From Euglena gracilis (lineage: Eukaryota): a stretch of 64,000 nt of DNA. Below the pieces are notes generated by a model. That model saw only the letters and a list, made by a program, of their open reading frames with translations, searched no databases and was not told the origin of the DNA. The position numbers were made by a program, and so were the translations under genes. This document shows, piece after piece, positions 46,780-59,400 of this stretch. The DNA is taken from assembly GCA_039621445.1 (NCBI GenBank), contig CP154954.1, forward strand, positions 46,541,847-46,605,846. The letters are read 5' to 3'. Position 1 is the stretch's first letter. The number at the start of each line of letters is the position of its first letter.

Positions 46780-47065
46780 TGGTAGCAGAATAGGTCAAAG
46801 ATCCTACAGAAAGAAAGGCTACCAGGTAATACACTTGGTAGCAGATTTAGGCAACGAACCTACACAGACGTTCCACACAGAGAAACTCTGTGGTTGACTG
46901 GTGGTGAGGATCGTACTGAGCCGTGAAACACGGTGAAAGTACTGTTCCTGGCCCCTAGCCAACCTTTAAGCAAGGATACAGGTCTCAGAAGGCTCTGTTC
47001 GGTAATCGCCGATACAACCTTTCTGGTCCCTGTTTCTCTGCTTATTTGTGTGAATTTTTGGGTTT

Positions 47066-50000
47066 TTGCCTTTTTACCCATCTCAAAAGATGCAGAGCAC
47101 AAGCCCCAACCCCAAATTTGATTATGACTTGTTGATGAGTTCATTGAGCAATTGTGATGAAGATTGCGGGGATTGGAACGGTTTGAATGAAACAAGTTCC
47201 AATTCCCGACCCCCCAAGCAAGAAGAAGGCAATTTGACTCATTTGTCATTGTCAAAAGGCGAAACGCCTTCATTATTGCATGGGGGTAATGAACCCTCTT
47301 CATCATCATTGTCATTGATTGTGCGGGATGTAGGTGGCAAAATGCCTTCCTCCATCCCGATTCACCCATCATTGATGCGGCGAGGGGATGAACCCCTTGA
47401 GATCTCACATTTGCTTACTCATGTTACCCATGAACAAAGTGAGGGGTATTTGCCCTTTGCTCTGTTCACACCCAAAAGATCCCCGGTGGAAGCACCGGTG
47501 GGCCTTTTGGAGTGCAACTCGGTGGAAACACCGTGTTTTTTCCAACCCCCCCCTCAATTACCACCCCCCACACCATTTCACGCTTTGCCGGGATTACCCG
47601 CGGAAGCTGCGGTTTTCCCTGCATTGCCATGGAACCCAGATATGCGTCTGGTGGTGCCGGAAATCTCTGGTGCCGTTTCCATTGTGGAGGACTATGAGGA
47701 AGATTTGAGGGATAACCTCACCCCCGGTGATGTTTACCGAATTCTCGGTCAACTCCCAGCGGATCACCCGCTTAGCAAGCAAATTTTGCATGTCCACCAA
47801 TGCGTTGCGGAATGCGCAACCATGCTCAACAAAGTTTTGCAGTTCGATGAGGACAATCAAAGGGTTGTCAACACCAAACTGGAATGTTGCTGGAATTATT
47901 TGCAGGAAATCGGCAAATATTGCCAACACAATTTTGAAAATGCGGGGAAAGACCTTCAGCATTTTCGAGAAAGTGTTGACAGTATTTTGCGCATCCAACT
48001 TCCACAAAATTTCCAACAAATCAGCGAAATGCTGCATGAAGCGGAAACGCGGAATGATTCCAAGTTTCTGCATGTGCAGGATGGTATGAGCCATCTTTTT
48101 GCCCAATTGGAATCCTGTTCAACCATGTTACTGCAATTGCAGCAGCAGTTACAAGCGCAAAATGCCACCCCCAAAATGCCGGAAATCGGTAACTTTGTCG
48201 CGGTTGAGCATTTTGCCGCACTTACCACTTCTTTCCAAGAAGCCCAACAACGGATTTTGCATCTTGGCTCGGAAATCGAGCACTTGAAGCAATTTCAGGC
48301 GAAAGTGCAAGAAAATTTTGTTCCCCGTACGCAAATCCAGCTTTTGGAGGAACGAATTTCACACTTGGAGCAAAAATCCTGCCATTGTGCCGCAAATCAG
48401 GATGGATTAACCACCTTGAACGCGAAAATCGCGGATTGCGCACAACGGTTGGATTTTACGCAACAACAAATGCAAACGGACATTGGCGGTATTAATGCCA
48501 CCGTTGTCGGTTTGCAGGAGCATGTTTCTGCACTTTCCAAGCGAATTCCCGACATTAGTGGTATTCAAGCCGCTATTGGGGAATTACAAACCCGTTGCAC
48601 CTTGTTGTCCACCACAGTGACGGAAATCCGCTCACTACCCCCCATTTCGCGTGCTCGGATATCCGAGTCACCGGAATTTCGCTCATTTTATGACAAAGTG
48701 CTTGGTGACAACAAGGAAACCTTGCAAGCATTTTGTACAAGTTTGCTCCAAATTGAGGAAAGCGTGAATCGGAATGCCCGATCCATGCAAGATGAGGTTT
48801 CTCGGTTGGATGGACGAATTTCTGCTTGTTTGAAAAACCAAACACAGAAAATTCGCGAACCACCATGGAAACCCCCACCAAATCACACCACAATTTGCAA
48901 ACCGTCTCCAATGCGGTGAAAGCGCTTGCGGGTCAACTCCGGAATGTGGAGGAGTCCCAAGGAAATCTTGCCCAAGAATTATACTTGGTTTCTGAAAAGA
49001 TGCCACACTTGGAAGATTTTTCCCGTTACCGCAAACGCATTAGGCATTTGGAGACTGAGGTTGTCCGTATTTGCGGCCAACTCCAGTTGGTGGAACATTT
49101 GGAAGAAACGGTGCATGACTTGTCCGCGAGTTTGGATAAAATGTCCACTCCGGTATCGGTTGTGCCACCATCCACCGCGGTAAGCGCTGCGGTTGGTATT
49201 CCAAATGTCCGGGAATCGCGTTCTCAAATTACCATTTCCGGAGTAGGAATCCCTACATCCACCGCGAATTTGGTACAACCACCCGCGAAAACGCGAATTG
49301 TACCACCTTTGCATTTGCCAACACCACAAACTCACTCTTCGCACGACATTTCCGATGAGGAAATTGACCCCCCACTCGAAAATTCGAGTCTCCACCAAGA
49401 AATTCAACATTCCAACCTTGTACGAGGAATGAGCCAACACCCCACACCTGGTATTGGTCATGTGTCGCATTCGCGATCATACCAACCACCAACGGGTTCT
49501 GGATTACCGAATCACCCATCGGGTTTTCGGCGGGAAACCCGCCCCACTGAGAGGATTTCACCACATTTTTCGCAATTAAATCCTGCCAACCTTACACTTG
49601 GTGCGGGAAATCCTGCACGGGTTACACATGGAGCGGAAAATCCGCGAAACGCGTTTGGTGTTAAGAATTACCCTGACCCAAACCCCTGGAATACCACCGA
49701 GGGTCAGCGGGTTACTCAGAGAGACTTCAAGGGCACCATCGCAATCGCGAACAAGGTGAAGCCCCAATGGGACGGGGATCCAACCACATGGAGACAATTT
49801 TTTCGGGACTGGGAGTACTATTGGGCACTAAAGGGACCCACCCAAGACCCGAATCCCGAGGTAGTCAAGATGGAATTCATCGATTGCCTACCGAGGGAGG
49901 AGCGAGAACGCGCACGCAATTTGGTGATACGTAATGGCGTATCATTCGATGACCTGGTTGAGCAATACGCTTCAACCAACTCAAGTTTGGTCACCAGGAT

Positions 50001-51158
50001 TACCCTGGAGAAGAAGTGGCGACAAAGCGCGCCATCGGATCGCAAATGGAAATCCATTGACCTTTGGTATGCCAAATGGTTAGCACTTGCTTCCGAAGTT
50101 GATGAACTTAGCGAGAAGCAAATGCGCGAACAATTCGATGCGGTTTTGTTGCATTTCACACCATCCCTCGTGAAGGATATCCATCGCGAGGAGTTGGCAG
50201 GGCATGAGATGACTCTTGCCCAACGTTGGAATTATGTGTCAAAGCAACTCAAGCTCACACAAGTTTTGGGACAAATACAGTCCGCTTTCCAAACGCATCC
50301 CACCGCGGGAATCCCTGCGGGTGCGGTTAATGCATTGCAAAAATCACCCATGTCACCAAGATCACCCACCACGGGACCGAAAACGCGGAATCAGCGTTCT
50401 TCGGACCAGGGCACGGATAAACTGTGCTTTTTGTGCAACAAATCTGGTCACATGTCTCGGGAATGCCCGAATCCCGATGCGCGAAAGCGTATTGGAAGCC
50501 CAAGGGGCTCGACCTCCTCACGGGGATCGGGTTCCTCGGCGTTTTCACGTCAATCGGGATTTTCACGTTCTTCGGAGAACCGCTTTAGCGGTAGTAGGCC
50601 CAAGTCACCATCGCGTGATGGTCGGGAAACCCGTCCTTCTCGCGGTCGGTCACCTGGACCCCCTGCCCGAAAACGGGATTTCAATCGCGATTCTTCACGA
50701 TCTCGTTCGCGAAGTGAATCATCCTCTACGCGGGAGTCACCGAAGAAACCCAAGTCCACCGGTCATGGTCGACGGGAAACCCGTTCACCACGACGGTTTG
50801 ACGGTCGAACGGAATACCGTTCCCCCCGTTATGCGGAATCCCGCCACAAATCCCGTTGTTCACTTTGCGGTTCCAAAGATCACCACGCATCCAAATGTCC
50901 CAGATCTCGTTTTCCCCCCGGCCCGGCTACGGAAATCGCGGTAAGCGCCGCGATGACCGTGGTTACTCCTCCAACCGGCAAAAGGTCGGTTTCAAGATAT
51001 CTTGTTTGGAGGAGGACACCCCGGCTTCGGGCAGGGAGGGGGATGAGACCTCGGACGGGGAATTTAATGAGGCCCGAATGGCGGTGCGCTCATTAAATTC
51101 CATCTATTCCACCAAAAAGTCCGTTGCCGGCTATGCGGCCGGTTCGGACTTGGAGTAG
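47066..51158 (+). CDS. Gag (coiled-coil N-terminus, capsid-like domain, two CCHC zinc knuckles; two frameshifts)
   Basis: PQWDGDPTTWRQFFRDW; CFLCNKSGHMSREC; CSLCGSKDHHASKC; shifts near 48840 and 50915; ends at TAG 51156-51158. Confidence 0.85.
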
Positions 51159-51203
51159 GGGAGCCCGAGGTCCGAGGGCACGGACCTCTGGGCTGATGAA
51201 CAG

Positions 51204-54200
51204 ATGGAGGTAAGACCTGATCAACCTTACCCCCCCTGCCCATCCGCCTTCACGGTCAGTACCCGGAATTATTTCGGGTCCCCTACCCCCCACTCCACAT
51301 TTCCGCTCGGAATGCTGAGCAAAGTAGGAAAGGGTTCATGGGAGAGCTGGCATGCAAACGTATTTCCGCCAGACCCTTCACTTTGCGTACCACCAATGGA
51401 ATTACTCGTCCAAGCGGAAATCCGCATTCAAAATTTCTCCACCAAAGTCAAAATTCTCATTGACACTGGTTGTCGCATTGCACTGCTCTTTCGGTTGGGG
51501 TTGATACCGACCCCGCTCTTGGTAAGCGCCAAGAAACCGATCAAAATTACAACCGCGGATAACACCCCCATGTGTGGTGGTGATTTGGGATGTGTGCTCG
51601 AGATACTCTTGCCCATCATTCCGAAGCATCACTCACAACCCACACAAATACAACATTTCACCAATATTTGGGGTTACGAGTCCGGAATTCACGGGTCTGA
51701 CGTAATTTTAGGATACCCATTTTTACGCCAGTACCGATTGGTTGTGGATTGCCACTCCCACGGTTTGCGCACAGCACCCACCACTCCATTGACACCCAAA
51801 CCACCATCACCGTTGGCATCCGCCATGATGACCACCACTTTTCCAACACCGTTACCCACAATGGCAACACCGTTATCCACCACACCAACAACCGTTTTCC
51901 ACACCCGGGGTACGGAGAAAGCCTCCCCCCTGCCCAATGACACACCAACATGCGTTCCACATGAGGCAGGGCAAGCGAGTAGCGGTACCCCCGCGGTTTC
52001 ACTGGGTTACAAGACGAAAGCCCAAAGGCCTGAAGATATATCGGTGTCGAGTAGTCGCCCAGCTACACCACCACTTCGTTTCCTACCAGTTGTGCCGAAT
52101 CCAGGCACACCTGTACAAGACTCACCGGCTAATGCCATCGACACCCACTTACACGCACACCTGTCACACCATCACACTTCCTTCCAATGTGTGCACTGCA
52201 GGAGAATTTCCACCCAATCGGATTTCGATTGTGGATGTTTAGTTCAAAATCCGACACTAATCGCAATTCCGAAAACGGAATCCACACCCCGAGATACACT
52301 TGGTTGTAGCCCGCAATGCGCGGAGATACACCGAGTACTCCAGCAACGCGGATTAGCCTCGTTGTTTGGAAACGCGAAAAGCGCCACTCCTAATTACAAT
52401 CGCGATCACACTTGGTACGGATTTGATGCGGAATGGGGAAACCCCCAACTTGTCCAAACTCCCTTGGGATTAACCCTTGAGGTAGTGGAAGACAACCCGC
52501 ATGTTTGTGGATCCATTCATTGTGTTTCTTCTCTTCAACCCGAAAATCGGGTGCATGAATACGCGAAACGCGTATGGAATGCTTTCAATTTTGGTCAATA
52601 TCGCATTTTGGAACGATGGTTTTCCAAAATCGCGACATTGGCTGATTCTTTTGATTTGGCATTGGAAATCGATGCCTTCTCATCCAATGCACATGCCCGT
52701 TTGCCACGTCATTGGTCACAACACTCCAACGCATTTGATAAATTTTGGGGTGATACGGTGTTATGGATGCACCCTCCCCCAAAACTTATCGAATGTGCGG
52801 TTGAGAAAATTCTGCGGGATGAAGCCCGTGGAGTTATTCTCATACCCATCATTCCGGAAGCGGAATGGTTCACCCAACTATCGTATGTATGTTTTCATTG
52901 GTGGGATTTACCCACTAATGTACCGATTTTTGAGGATTTTTGTGGTAAAATATTACCACCCTTGCAAGAAATCATTTTTCGCGTATGTTTCTTCGATGCA
53001 TTCGGAATGTCCGAATTCGCGGTACCGAGGAAGCTCGGTAGCCCCAGGGATACCCTGGCGGTTTCCGCAGTCATCGAGAGTGCAGGTCAGCATCCTAAGT
53101 CAGCCGAATTCTGTTCGCGGATTACCCGCGAATTCCACGGTGTGCTGGAAAATCCAGTATACGCGTGTGACATCGACCCCGCGATACGCGGTCCGTTCGG
53201 TGTTTGTAAGATCGAGCTTAAGGATGGAGCCAAACCAATGCACCGGAAATTTTTTCGTTGTTCGGGAGAACGCGAACAAGCTCTCAATGAAATGATTGAG
53301 AAGCTTATTCAGCGCAAGTGGATTGTACCCTCGAAAAGCGAGTGGACATCCCAGGCATTTGTTGTTCCTAAACCCCCAGACCCCTCAGGTCAGAAGAAAT
53401 GGAGGCTGGTGCTGGATTACCGGTACCTGAACTCCCAAACAAGGGATGATCCCTTCCCGCTCCCCCTGATCGAGGATTTGATCACCAAACAATCGGAAAA
53501 CCGGTTGTGGTCAATTTTCGATCTGGAGGACGGTTTTCACCAAATGCACTTACACCCTGACTCCCAACCATACACGGCATTCGTGACATCCAAGGGTGTG
53601 TACCAATGGACGGTACTCCCCATGGGTGTTAAGAATGGCCCAGCCATGTTTCAGCGCATGATACAATGGGTTCTACGCGATTTACCGTTTGCCATTGTGT
53701 ACATTGATGATGTGCTGGTGGGAACACCACCACCATCCGCAAAATCGAGCGAGGATATCCTCGTCACACACTTCCACCATGTTTGCGCGGTATTAACCGC
53801 TTTTCAAAAACATGTGCTTTTCGCGAAAGGCGCGAAAATGCATTTGTTTCGGATACTTATAAAATTTTGCGGTCACATCCTCAGCAATGGACAGCGGAAA
53901 GCCGCTCCGAGTAAACTCGAAGCCATTAAGAAATGGACCCCTGAGGTAATCAAAACGATTACTCACCTCAAAGGATTTTTGGGATTAGCCCAATACTACG
54001 CGATTTATATGAAGGACTTCGCGAAAATCGCGGTGCCCCTCACCAAACAGCTCAAAAACCGGGCTGTTGACAACACCAAAGTCATTTGGGATGCCCAAAT
54101 GCGCGAGGCCCTTGAGAAAATCAAGGTTTTGCTTTTGGAGAATGTTGTCCTCGAAATCGCGGACCCGTACAAACCATACGTGTTGGAAGTCGACAGCAGC

Positions 54201-56255
54201 GATTACGCTGTTGGCGGAGTTCTTAGCCAGCATAATGCGGCGAATGAGCTCCGACCTGTGGCTTTCTTCAGCAGAAAGTTACAGGGCGACGATGGAAAAG
54301 GTCAAGTCAAATGGAGTATACGCGAGAAGGAAACCTACGCAATCGTGCTTATACTCCAGAAATTCCGAAGCTGGGTAGCCAGCAGCCTCGTCCAGATCCT
54401 CGTCAAGACCGACCATGAGAGTCTCCAACACTGGTACACCGAGGATTTGAACAAGGCCATGTCATCGGTCGGAAGGCGATGCAGATGGCATGAGTTCTTG
54501 AGTCAATTCAACCTTGTGGTTATCTATACCCCTGGTCACACACAAAAAGTAGCGGATCCGCTCAGTCGGGCCCCTTGGTATTACCCTGGGAACCCGGATG
54601 AGGGAGACGCGACTTTTCATGGAAGTCAGGAAGCTGACGACTACGCACGTCGAAACGACGCTGCGGATAATCTTTTGGATTCTTTTCCCGTTTCACAACT
54701 ATTCCTGGTCGCACCAGTGCGAGGAAGGCGTCGACGTGGAAGCACGTCCGGGCCCCGGCGTATTACGCGCACGGAGTCCCCTTCCCCACTGTTCTTTCGC
54801 GAATGGGATTATAGTCGTGACCCGGTGTATGACACCATTGTCACCAGACTTCGTAATGGCGAAGTGCTGGACAATTACACTCTTTCACCTTTACGGTTGG
54901 TTTTTCGCAATGAATCGGGTTACAAATATTGTATCCCCCAGGACCTGGTTGATGATGTGATTTTGTGCTATCACAACCATGGTCACCCTGGGGCCCCCAA
55001 ACTTCTTTCGTTGGTGGGCCGCAGGTACTGTACAACCCTGAGCGAGAAAGAGCTTTACTCACGCTGTTTTCGAATAGCGCAACGGTGTCAAATTTGTCAA
55101 GCGGTAAAACCCCGCAGAGGTACCCCCCCTGGTACGATGGACTTTTTCCCTGTGCCCCCTGACATTTTTACATCCCTCTGCATGGATTTTCTGGAATTGG
55201 AACCGTGCAAAGGAACAGACGACAAAATTTACGATTACGTTTTTGTTGTCGTCTGCAGGCTGAGTGGGTACATTGTAGCCATTCCATGCCAGAAGTCAGG
55301 GTTGACTGCCCAAAGTTTGGCAGCTATATTTTTGGAGAAATGCATTTGCTTGATGGGTTTACCGAATGAAATCGTGAGTGATCAAGACCATTTGATTTCT
55401 TCAAGGGTTTTCACCACGTTGTGCAGTTTACTCGGAATCGAGCAACATTTTTCCATTATATACCGACCCAAAGGCAATGGTAGAGCCGAGGCAGCCGTGA
55501 AATCCGTCGTGAATATGCTTCTCTTTTCACTGGCTGACTCGCTCAACTGGATATCAGTTCTACCATGGTCTTTGTTTTATATCAATACCCTACCAGGGTT
55601 GGTTTTACCTCACTCCCCCTATAAATTAGTTTTCGGACGGGACCCTCCGGCCATAGGGGATGTCCCTTCGGAGAGACCCGCCCGAACGAGTGTCAGTTGC
55701 GAGACCTGGTTTGCGGAAGTAGAAAATCTACGTTCTGCAGTCCAGAAGCGCGTGACTGATATTCATGCAGCAAAACGGAAAACGTTTTTGCAGAATTTCA
55801 AGTCACCTGTTTACAATCCCGGTGACCGCGTGTGGGTACGGAATAGCCGTACTCGCATGCAGTCTTCCAAGCTGGACCCCCTCTGGCTCGGCCCCTGTGA
55901 AATCCTAGAAAGACTAGGTACCAGCGGGCGTTACAAGGTTGCATTACCGAATGGTGTTGAGGACGTTCATATGGACGACTTCAAGCCATACCTGTCGCCA
56001 CCGGATGGGAAACCCATCCCGTGTTTGCACTTCAAACCCCGTTCCAGATTACCTGAGACGGACGACTTTGTAGTCGATAAAATTATCGATCACAAAATCG
56101 ACAAAGGTATGCACCTTTGGAAGGTCCGATGGAAAGGGTATGGGCCCGAGGAGGACACTTGGGAGCCAGCAACCAGTTTTGTTGGGTATGTCCAGCAAGA
56201 TTGGAAGCTGTGGAACAAGAAGCATAACATTGATGTTTCCATGACAAACTTTTGA
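51204..56255 (+). CDS. Pol polyprotein: protease - amino-MTase-like - RT - RNase H - integrase - chromodomain
   Basis: LIDTGC; EIDAFSS..LWMHPPP; WRLVLDYRYLN; YIDD; VDSSD..EKE; SDQD..GRAE; FVVDKII..VRWKGY..TWEP. Confidence 0.95.
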   Translation: MEVRPDQPYPPCPSAFTVSTRNYFGSPTPHSTFPLGMLSKVGKGSWESWHANVFPPDPSLCVPPMELLVQAEIRIQNFSTKVKILIDTGCRIALLFRLGLIPTPLLVSAKKPIKITTADNTPMCGGDLGCVLEILLPIIPKHHSQPTQIQHFTNIWGYESGIHGSDVILGYPFLRQYRLVVDCHSHGLRTAPTTPLTPKPPSPLASAMMTTTFPTPLPTMATPLSTTPTTVFHTRGTEKASPLPNDTPTCVPHEAGQASSGTPAVSLGYKTKAQRPEDISVSSSRPATPPLRFLPVVPNPGTPVQDSPANAIDTHLHAHLSHHHTSFQCVHCRRISTQSDFDCGCLVQNPTLIAIPKTESTPRDTLGCSPQCAEIHRVLQQRGLASLFGNAKSATPNYNRDHTWYGFDAEWGNPQLVQTPLGLTLEVVEDNPHVCGSIHCVSSLQPENRVHEYAKRVWNAFNFGQYRILERWFSKIATLADSFDLALEIDAFSSNAHARLPRHWSQHSNAFDKFWGDTVLWMHPPPKLIECAVEKILRDEARGVILIPIIPEAEWFTQLSYVCFHWWDLPTNVPIFEDFCGKILPPLQEIIFRVCFFDAFGMSEFAVPRKLGSPRDTLAVSAVIESAGQHPKSAEFCSRITREFHGVLENPVYACDIDPAIRGPFGVCKIELKDGAKPMHRKFFRCSGEREQALNEMIEKLIQRKWIVPSKSEWTSQAFVVPKPPDPSGQKKWRLVLDYRYLNSQTRDDPFPLPLIEDLITKQSENRLWSIFDLEDGFHQMHLHPDSQPYTAFVTSKGVYQWTVLPMGVKNGPAMFQRMIQWVLRDLPFAIVYIDDVLVGTPPPSAKSSEDILVTHFHHVCAVLTAFQKHVLFAKGAKMHLFRILIKFCGHILSNGQRKAAPSKLEAIKKWTPEVIKTITHLKGFLGLAQYYAIYMKDFAKIAVPLTKQLKNRAVDNTKVIWDAQMREALEKIKVLLLENVVLEIADPYKPYVLEVDSSDYAVGGVLSQHNAANELRPVAFFSRKLQGDDGKGQVKWSIREKETYAIVLILQKFRSWVASSLVQILVKTDHESLQHWYTEDLNKAMSSVGRRCRWHEFLSQFNLVVIYTPGHTQKVADPLSRAPWYYPGNPDEGDATFHGSQEADDYARRNDAADNLLDSFPVSQLFLVAPVRGRRRRGSTSGPRRITRTESPSPLFFREWDYSRDPVYDTIVTRLRNGEVLDNYTLSPLRLVFRNESGYKYCIPQDLVDDVILCYHNHGHPGAPKLLSLVGRRYCTTLSEKELYSRCFRIAQRCQICQAVKPRRGTPPGTMDFFPVPPDIFTSLCMDFLELEPCKGTDDKIYDYVFVVVCRLSGYIVAIPCQKSGLTAQSLAAIFLEKCICLMGLPNEIVSDQDHLISSRVFTTLCSLLGIEQHFSIIYRPKGNGRAEAAVKSVVNMLLFSLADSLNWISVLPWSLFYINTLPGLVLPHSPYKLVFGRDPPAIGDVPSERPARTSVSCETWFAEVENLRSAVQKRVTDIHAAKRKTFLQNFKSPVYNPGDRVWVRNSRTRMQSSKLDPLWLGPCEILERLGTSGRYKVALPNGVEDVHMDDFKPYLSPPDGKPIPCLHFKPRSRLPETDDFVVDKIIDHKIDKGMHLWKVRWKGYGPEEDTWEPATSFVGYVQQDWKLWNKKHNIDVSMTNF

Positions 56256-56427
56256 GGATACATGGGAAACGCATGTTGTTTTCGTTTGGTGTTTCTATCA
56301 TTGAGTATTATAATTTTTTCTTTACACAAGAGTTTTGTTTGCCAACCAATACCCAAACCAGGGAGATACCCTTTCACTTGACAACAAACCACCCACACAA
56401 TGTACCGTACCGACCCCGGGCGGTATC

Positions 56428-59400
56428 ATGCTGCCCGGTGGAAGGGATTCAGGCGGAGGACCGCCTTACCACCCCACCACTCACCCTCAACCTGACCAGT
56501 ATGCGTACCGATACGGTACGCAGCCACCTGCACGGACTGCGGCTCAGGGAAACCCTGAAGCCAGCAGCAGTAGCAGGATGACCCAGATGCCCGCGGAAGC
56601 GCGGCCATCTCAGCCATCAGGCTCTCGTCGCCTCCCACCGTATGCGGGTGTGATGATCCACCGCACGGCGGAGACGATGAACCGGGTTATGCGTATGAGC
56701 GCAAACCCGGCACCAGACCAACTCACACAGGCATTGTGGGATGACCACTGCCGTAAAGCTTTGACCATCGCGAATACCCCTCCAGCCCTGTGGTGTGTGT
56801 GCGCCCAGGCGACGATGACCGGTCTGGTGTATTACACCGACCCGGACGCGTCGGGATTCGCGGCAGACATTACCATGCGTGACCTGGGCGTGGAAGACCC
56901 GCCACAGGTCGCAAGGCAGGTACCACCCGTTGGCACTTACACTGCACATTTTCGTGCTCACTCCCCCGGATTACCCGAGGAAGAGACAGTGGAAGCACCT
57001 GTCCGGAGTGAACACCCACGTGTGAAAGAAAGTATTTTTCGATCCCCTGAGCGCATGCCCCGGCGGGATTATCCTGCGCAGGAGCATGTGTCTCAGTACA
57101 CCGTCTCTGGGGATTATCCCCAGGAGGCGCCAAGGCCACAGGATCAGTACATATATCCACCTCAACCCCACCCCACTATTCCTGACCCTATCCCACGACG
57201 TCCTGCGGCGGGAAATCCTCCCCCGACGTCTGACTCTGCCCGAAGCGCTCGTCCGCGGCGGCGCCTCGTGCAGCACCAGTTCCCGCGGCACGGGATGAAC
57301 CCGTTAACCCGTGGACTGGTCGGCCGTTCGAGACTGAGGAGGACCGTCAACAGTATGAATATGCTGTGACGATCCAACGACAAATCGCACGTCGCCCCCC
57401 TGTTTCCGCTGGCCAGGGATACCCTGCCCGGGCGGAAATGACACGGGAAGAGCGCCAGCAGTATGATGCTGCTGTGTCGGCTCTCACAGGAGTCCCAGCT
57501 CCATCACGGTTAAGTCAACCAGCGCGACAGCGGGACGTGGCTGTGGCGGAAGCGCCACCAGCACGACCCACAAGCTCTGCCGCCGGCAAACGTGACCGCG
57601 GCCCGGAAAATCTGACGCCGCAGCCACAACGCCGCTCGCCGAGGTCGGAAAATCCCCCCGCGGCGATGCACGTCGACGCTGAGGAGGAAGCTCCGCCAGC
57701 GCCCGATGTGACGGCAGAACGGGCACGTCGGGAAACCCGACCATCCCCAGTCGCACCGGTTTACTCGAATCGTGGTGATGCTGAGCAGGAATTTGCTCGA
57801 ACACCAAGCACGGAATCCGTGACTTATCCTGTGTATACAGAAGAAGACCCAGAATACTGGGAATATTGGGACCCATATCGGGCGACGATAGAATGGCTGT
57901 CCAACACGAAGGGCAAGGGTAAAGGAAAAGGCAAGGGTAAGGGTAAAGGTAAAGGCCAGGAGAAAGGTGGGAAAGCCCCATCTGGGAAAGGCGGAAAACC
58001 CGCTGGACCATCTCCAGGCAAAGGCGGAAAATCTGCCGGACCCCCAGCAGGAAAAGGCGGAAAAGCCGCCGAGCCTTCGAAAACGAAGGATTACGACGTT
58101 AACCAGGTGTTCGACTACCTGGATGAGATCTGGCCGAAAATTGAAGAAAATCTTCAGCAGTACACGCGTGCAGGTAACGTCATCCACCGACCACCGGAAG
58201 CGGTGCTCGAAGTGGTACAGGATCGTACGTACGATCACTGCAAGCGATTTTTCTACAGTTCTGAACTTCATGCATTTGAGGGATACCCTCATTCGAATGA
58301 AGTCGTCCTGGACCGGATGCCCGGTTTCTGGGAGCTGTGGTTCTGGTTGGGATACCCCTGCCAGAACTTCGGCATCTTTACTGACCGAAACGGTCAGTCG
58401 TACGTGAACTGTTTGGGAACATGTCCTGACGATGAAACGTTCGTCGCACAGTTGAAGGAAATCTTCAACCACATGTATTCCGTCAGCGCACTGGGAATCC
58501 AGTGGAAGTATTACCCCCTGCCGGAGAAACTCCAGGTGCAGGCTGCGGTAATGTTCACGAACAACCTCCAAGTATTCTTGGATAGCATGTATGGCATGCT
58601 GTTCAAGGTACTGGACGTGGACCTCGCCTATCCTCAGCGATACAAGCTGGAATGCCAGTTTTGCAAAGAGCAACACATTGTTGATTTCTGGGGTTTCGGT
58701 GAGCGTGGAAAACCGCCTCCGACTGCCGAGAATGCCGGCAGCCCACTGACCAGGAGATTTCTCCTGCATCAGTGCCGAAAGCCCCAGATCGGAACGCAAG
58801 ATCGAAAGGTGCTGAAACAGCACCGGCAGAAAATATTTCTGCTTCAACAATACTGGCACAGGGCGTGGATTACCTACGTCCTGGAGGTGTACATTTATTT
58901 CCTGGAGTACATGACCACTGATGTGAATATTCACAGGAAGTGGTTACCTCGGGGATACACCGAGGAAGAAGCCAGACCGAATGACCAAGACCGACGCAGG
59001 ATGAACCTGCGGCCGGACTGGTACGAGGCCGAAATCGGTCTTCCGAAGCACATGGAAAACCAGTTCGGGAATATCCTGATCTGGGAAGATTTCCAGTCCT
59101 TCTACGCAGCAGACGTGGAAAAACAGCCACGTTATGCCTTGCCGCTGCCAGCCTTCCTGGAAGACACAGGAGAACGTGGCATGAGCTGGGATCGGCGAAT
59201 GCAGTGGGAAGACCTCTGCCGTAACAACGAGGACGAGCCAGAGCCCTTACCCGGAAGCTGGGTAAGACCGTCATGGCCACCCCCATATCCCAACTCTGAC
59301 AGGAGCGAAAGTATTAGCTTTTTCCGCCTGTCAGACGCACAGGGGTGCTATAGAACCGGGGAAGACCCGCGTTCTGCAGCACAGCTACACACAGAGGACT

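Noticed and set aside
57510-58934. 474-aa antisense ORF
   Set aside because: It is the shadow of the sense ORF3 and has no independent motifs
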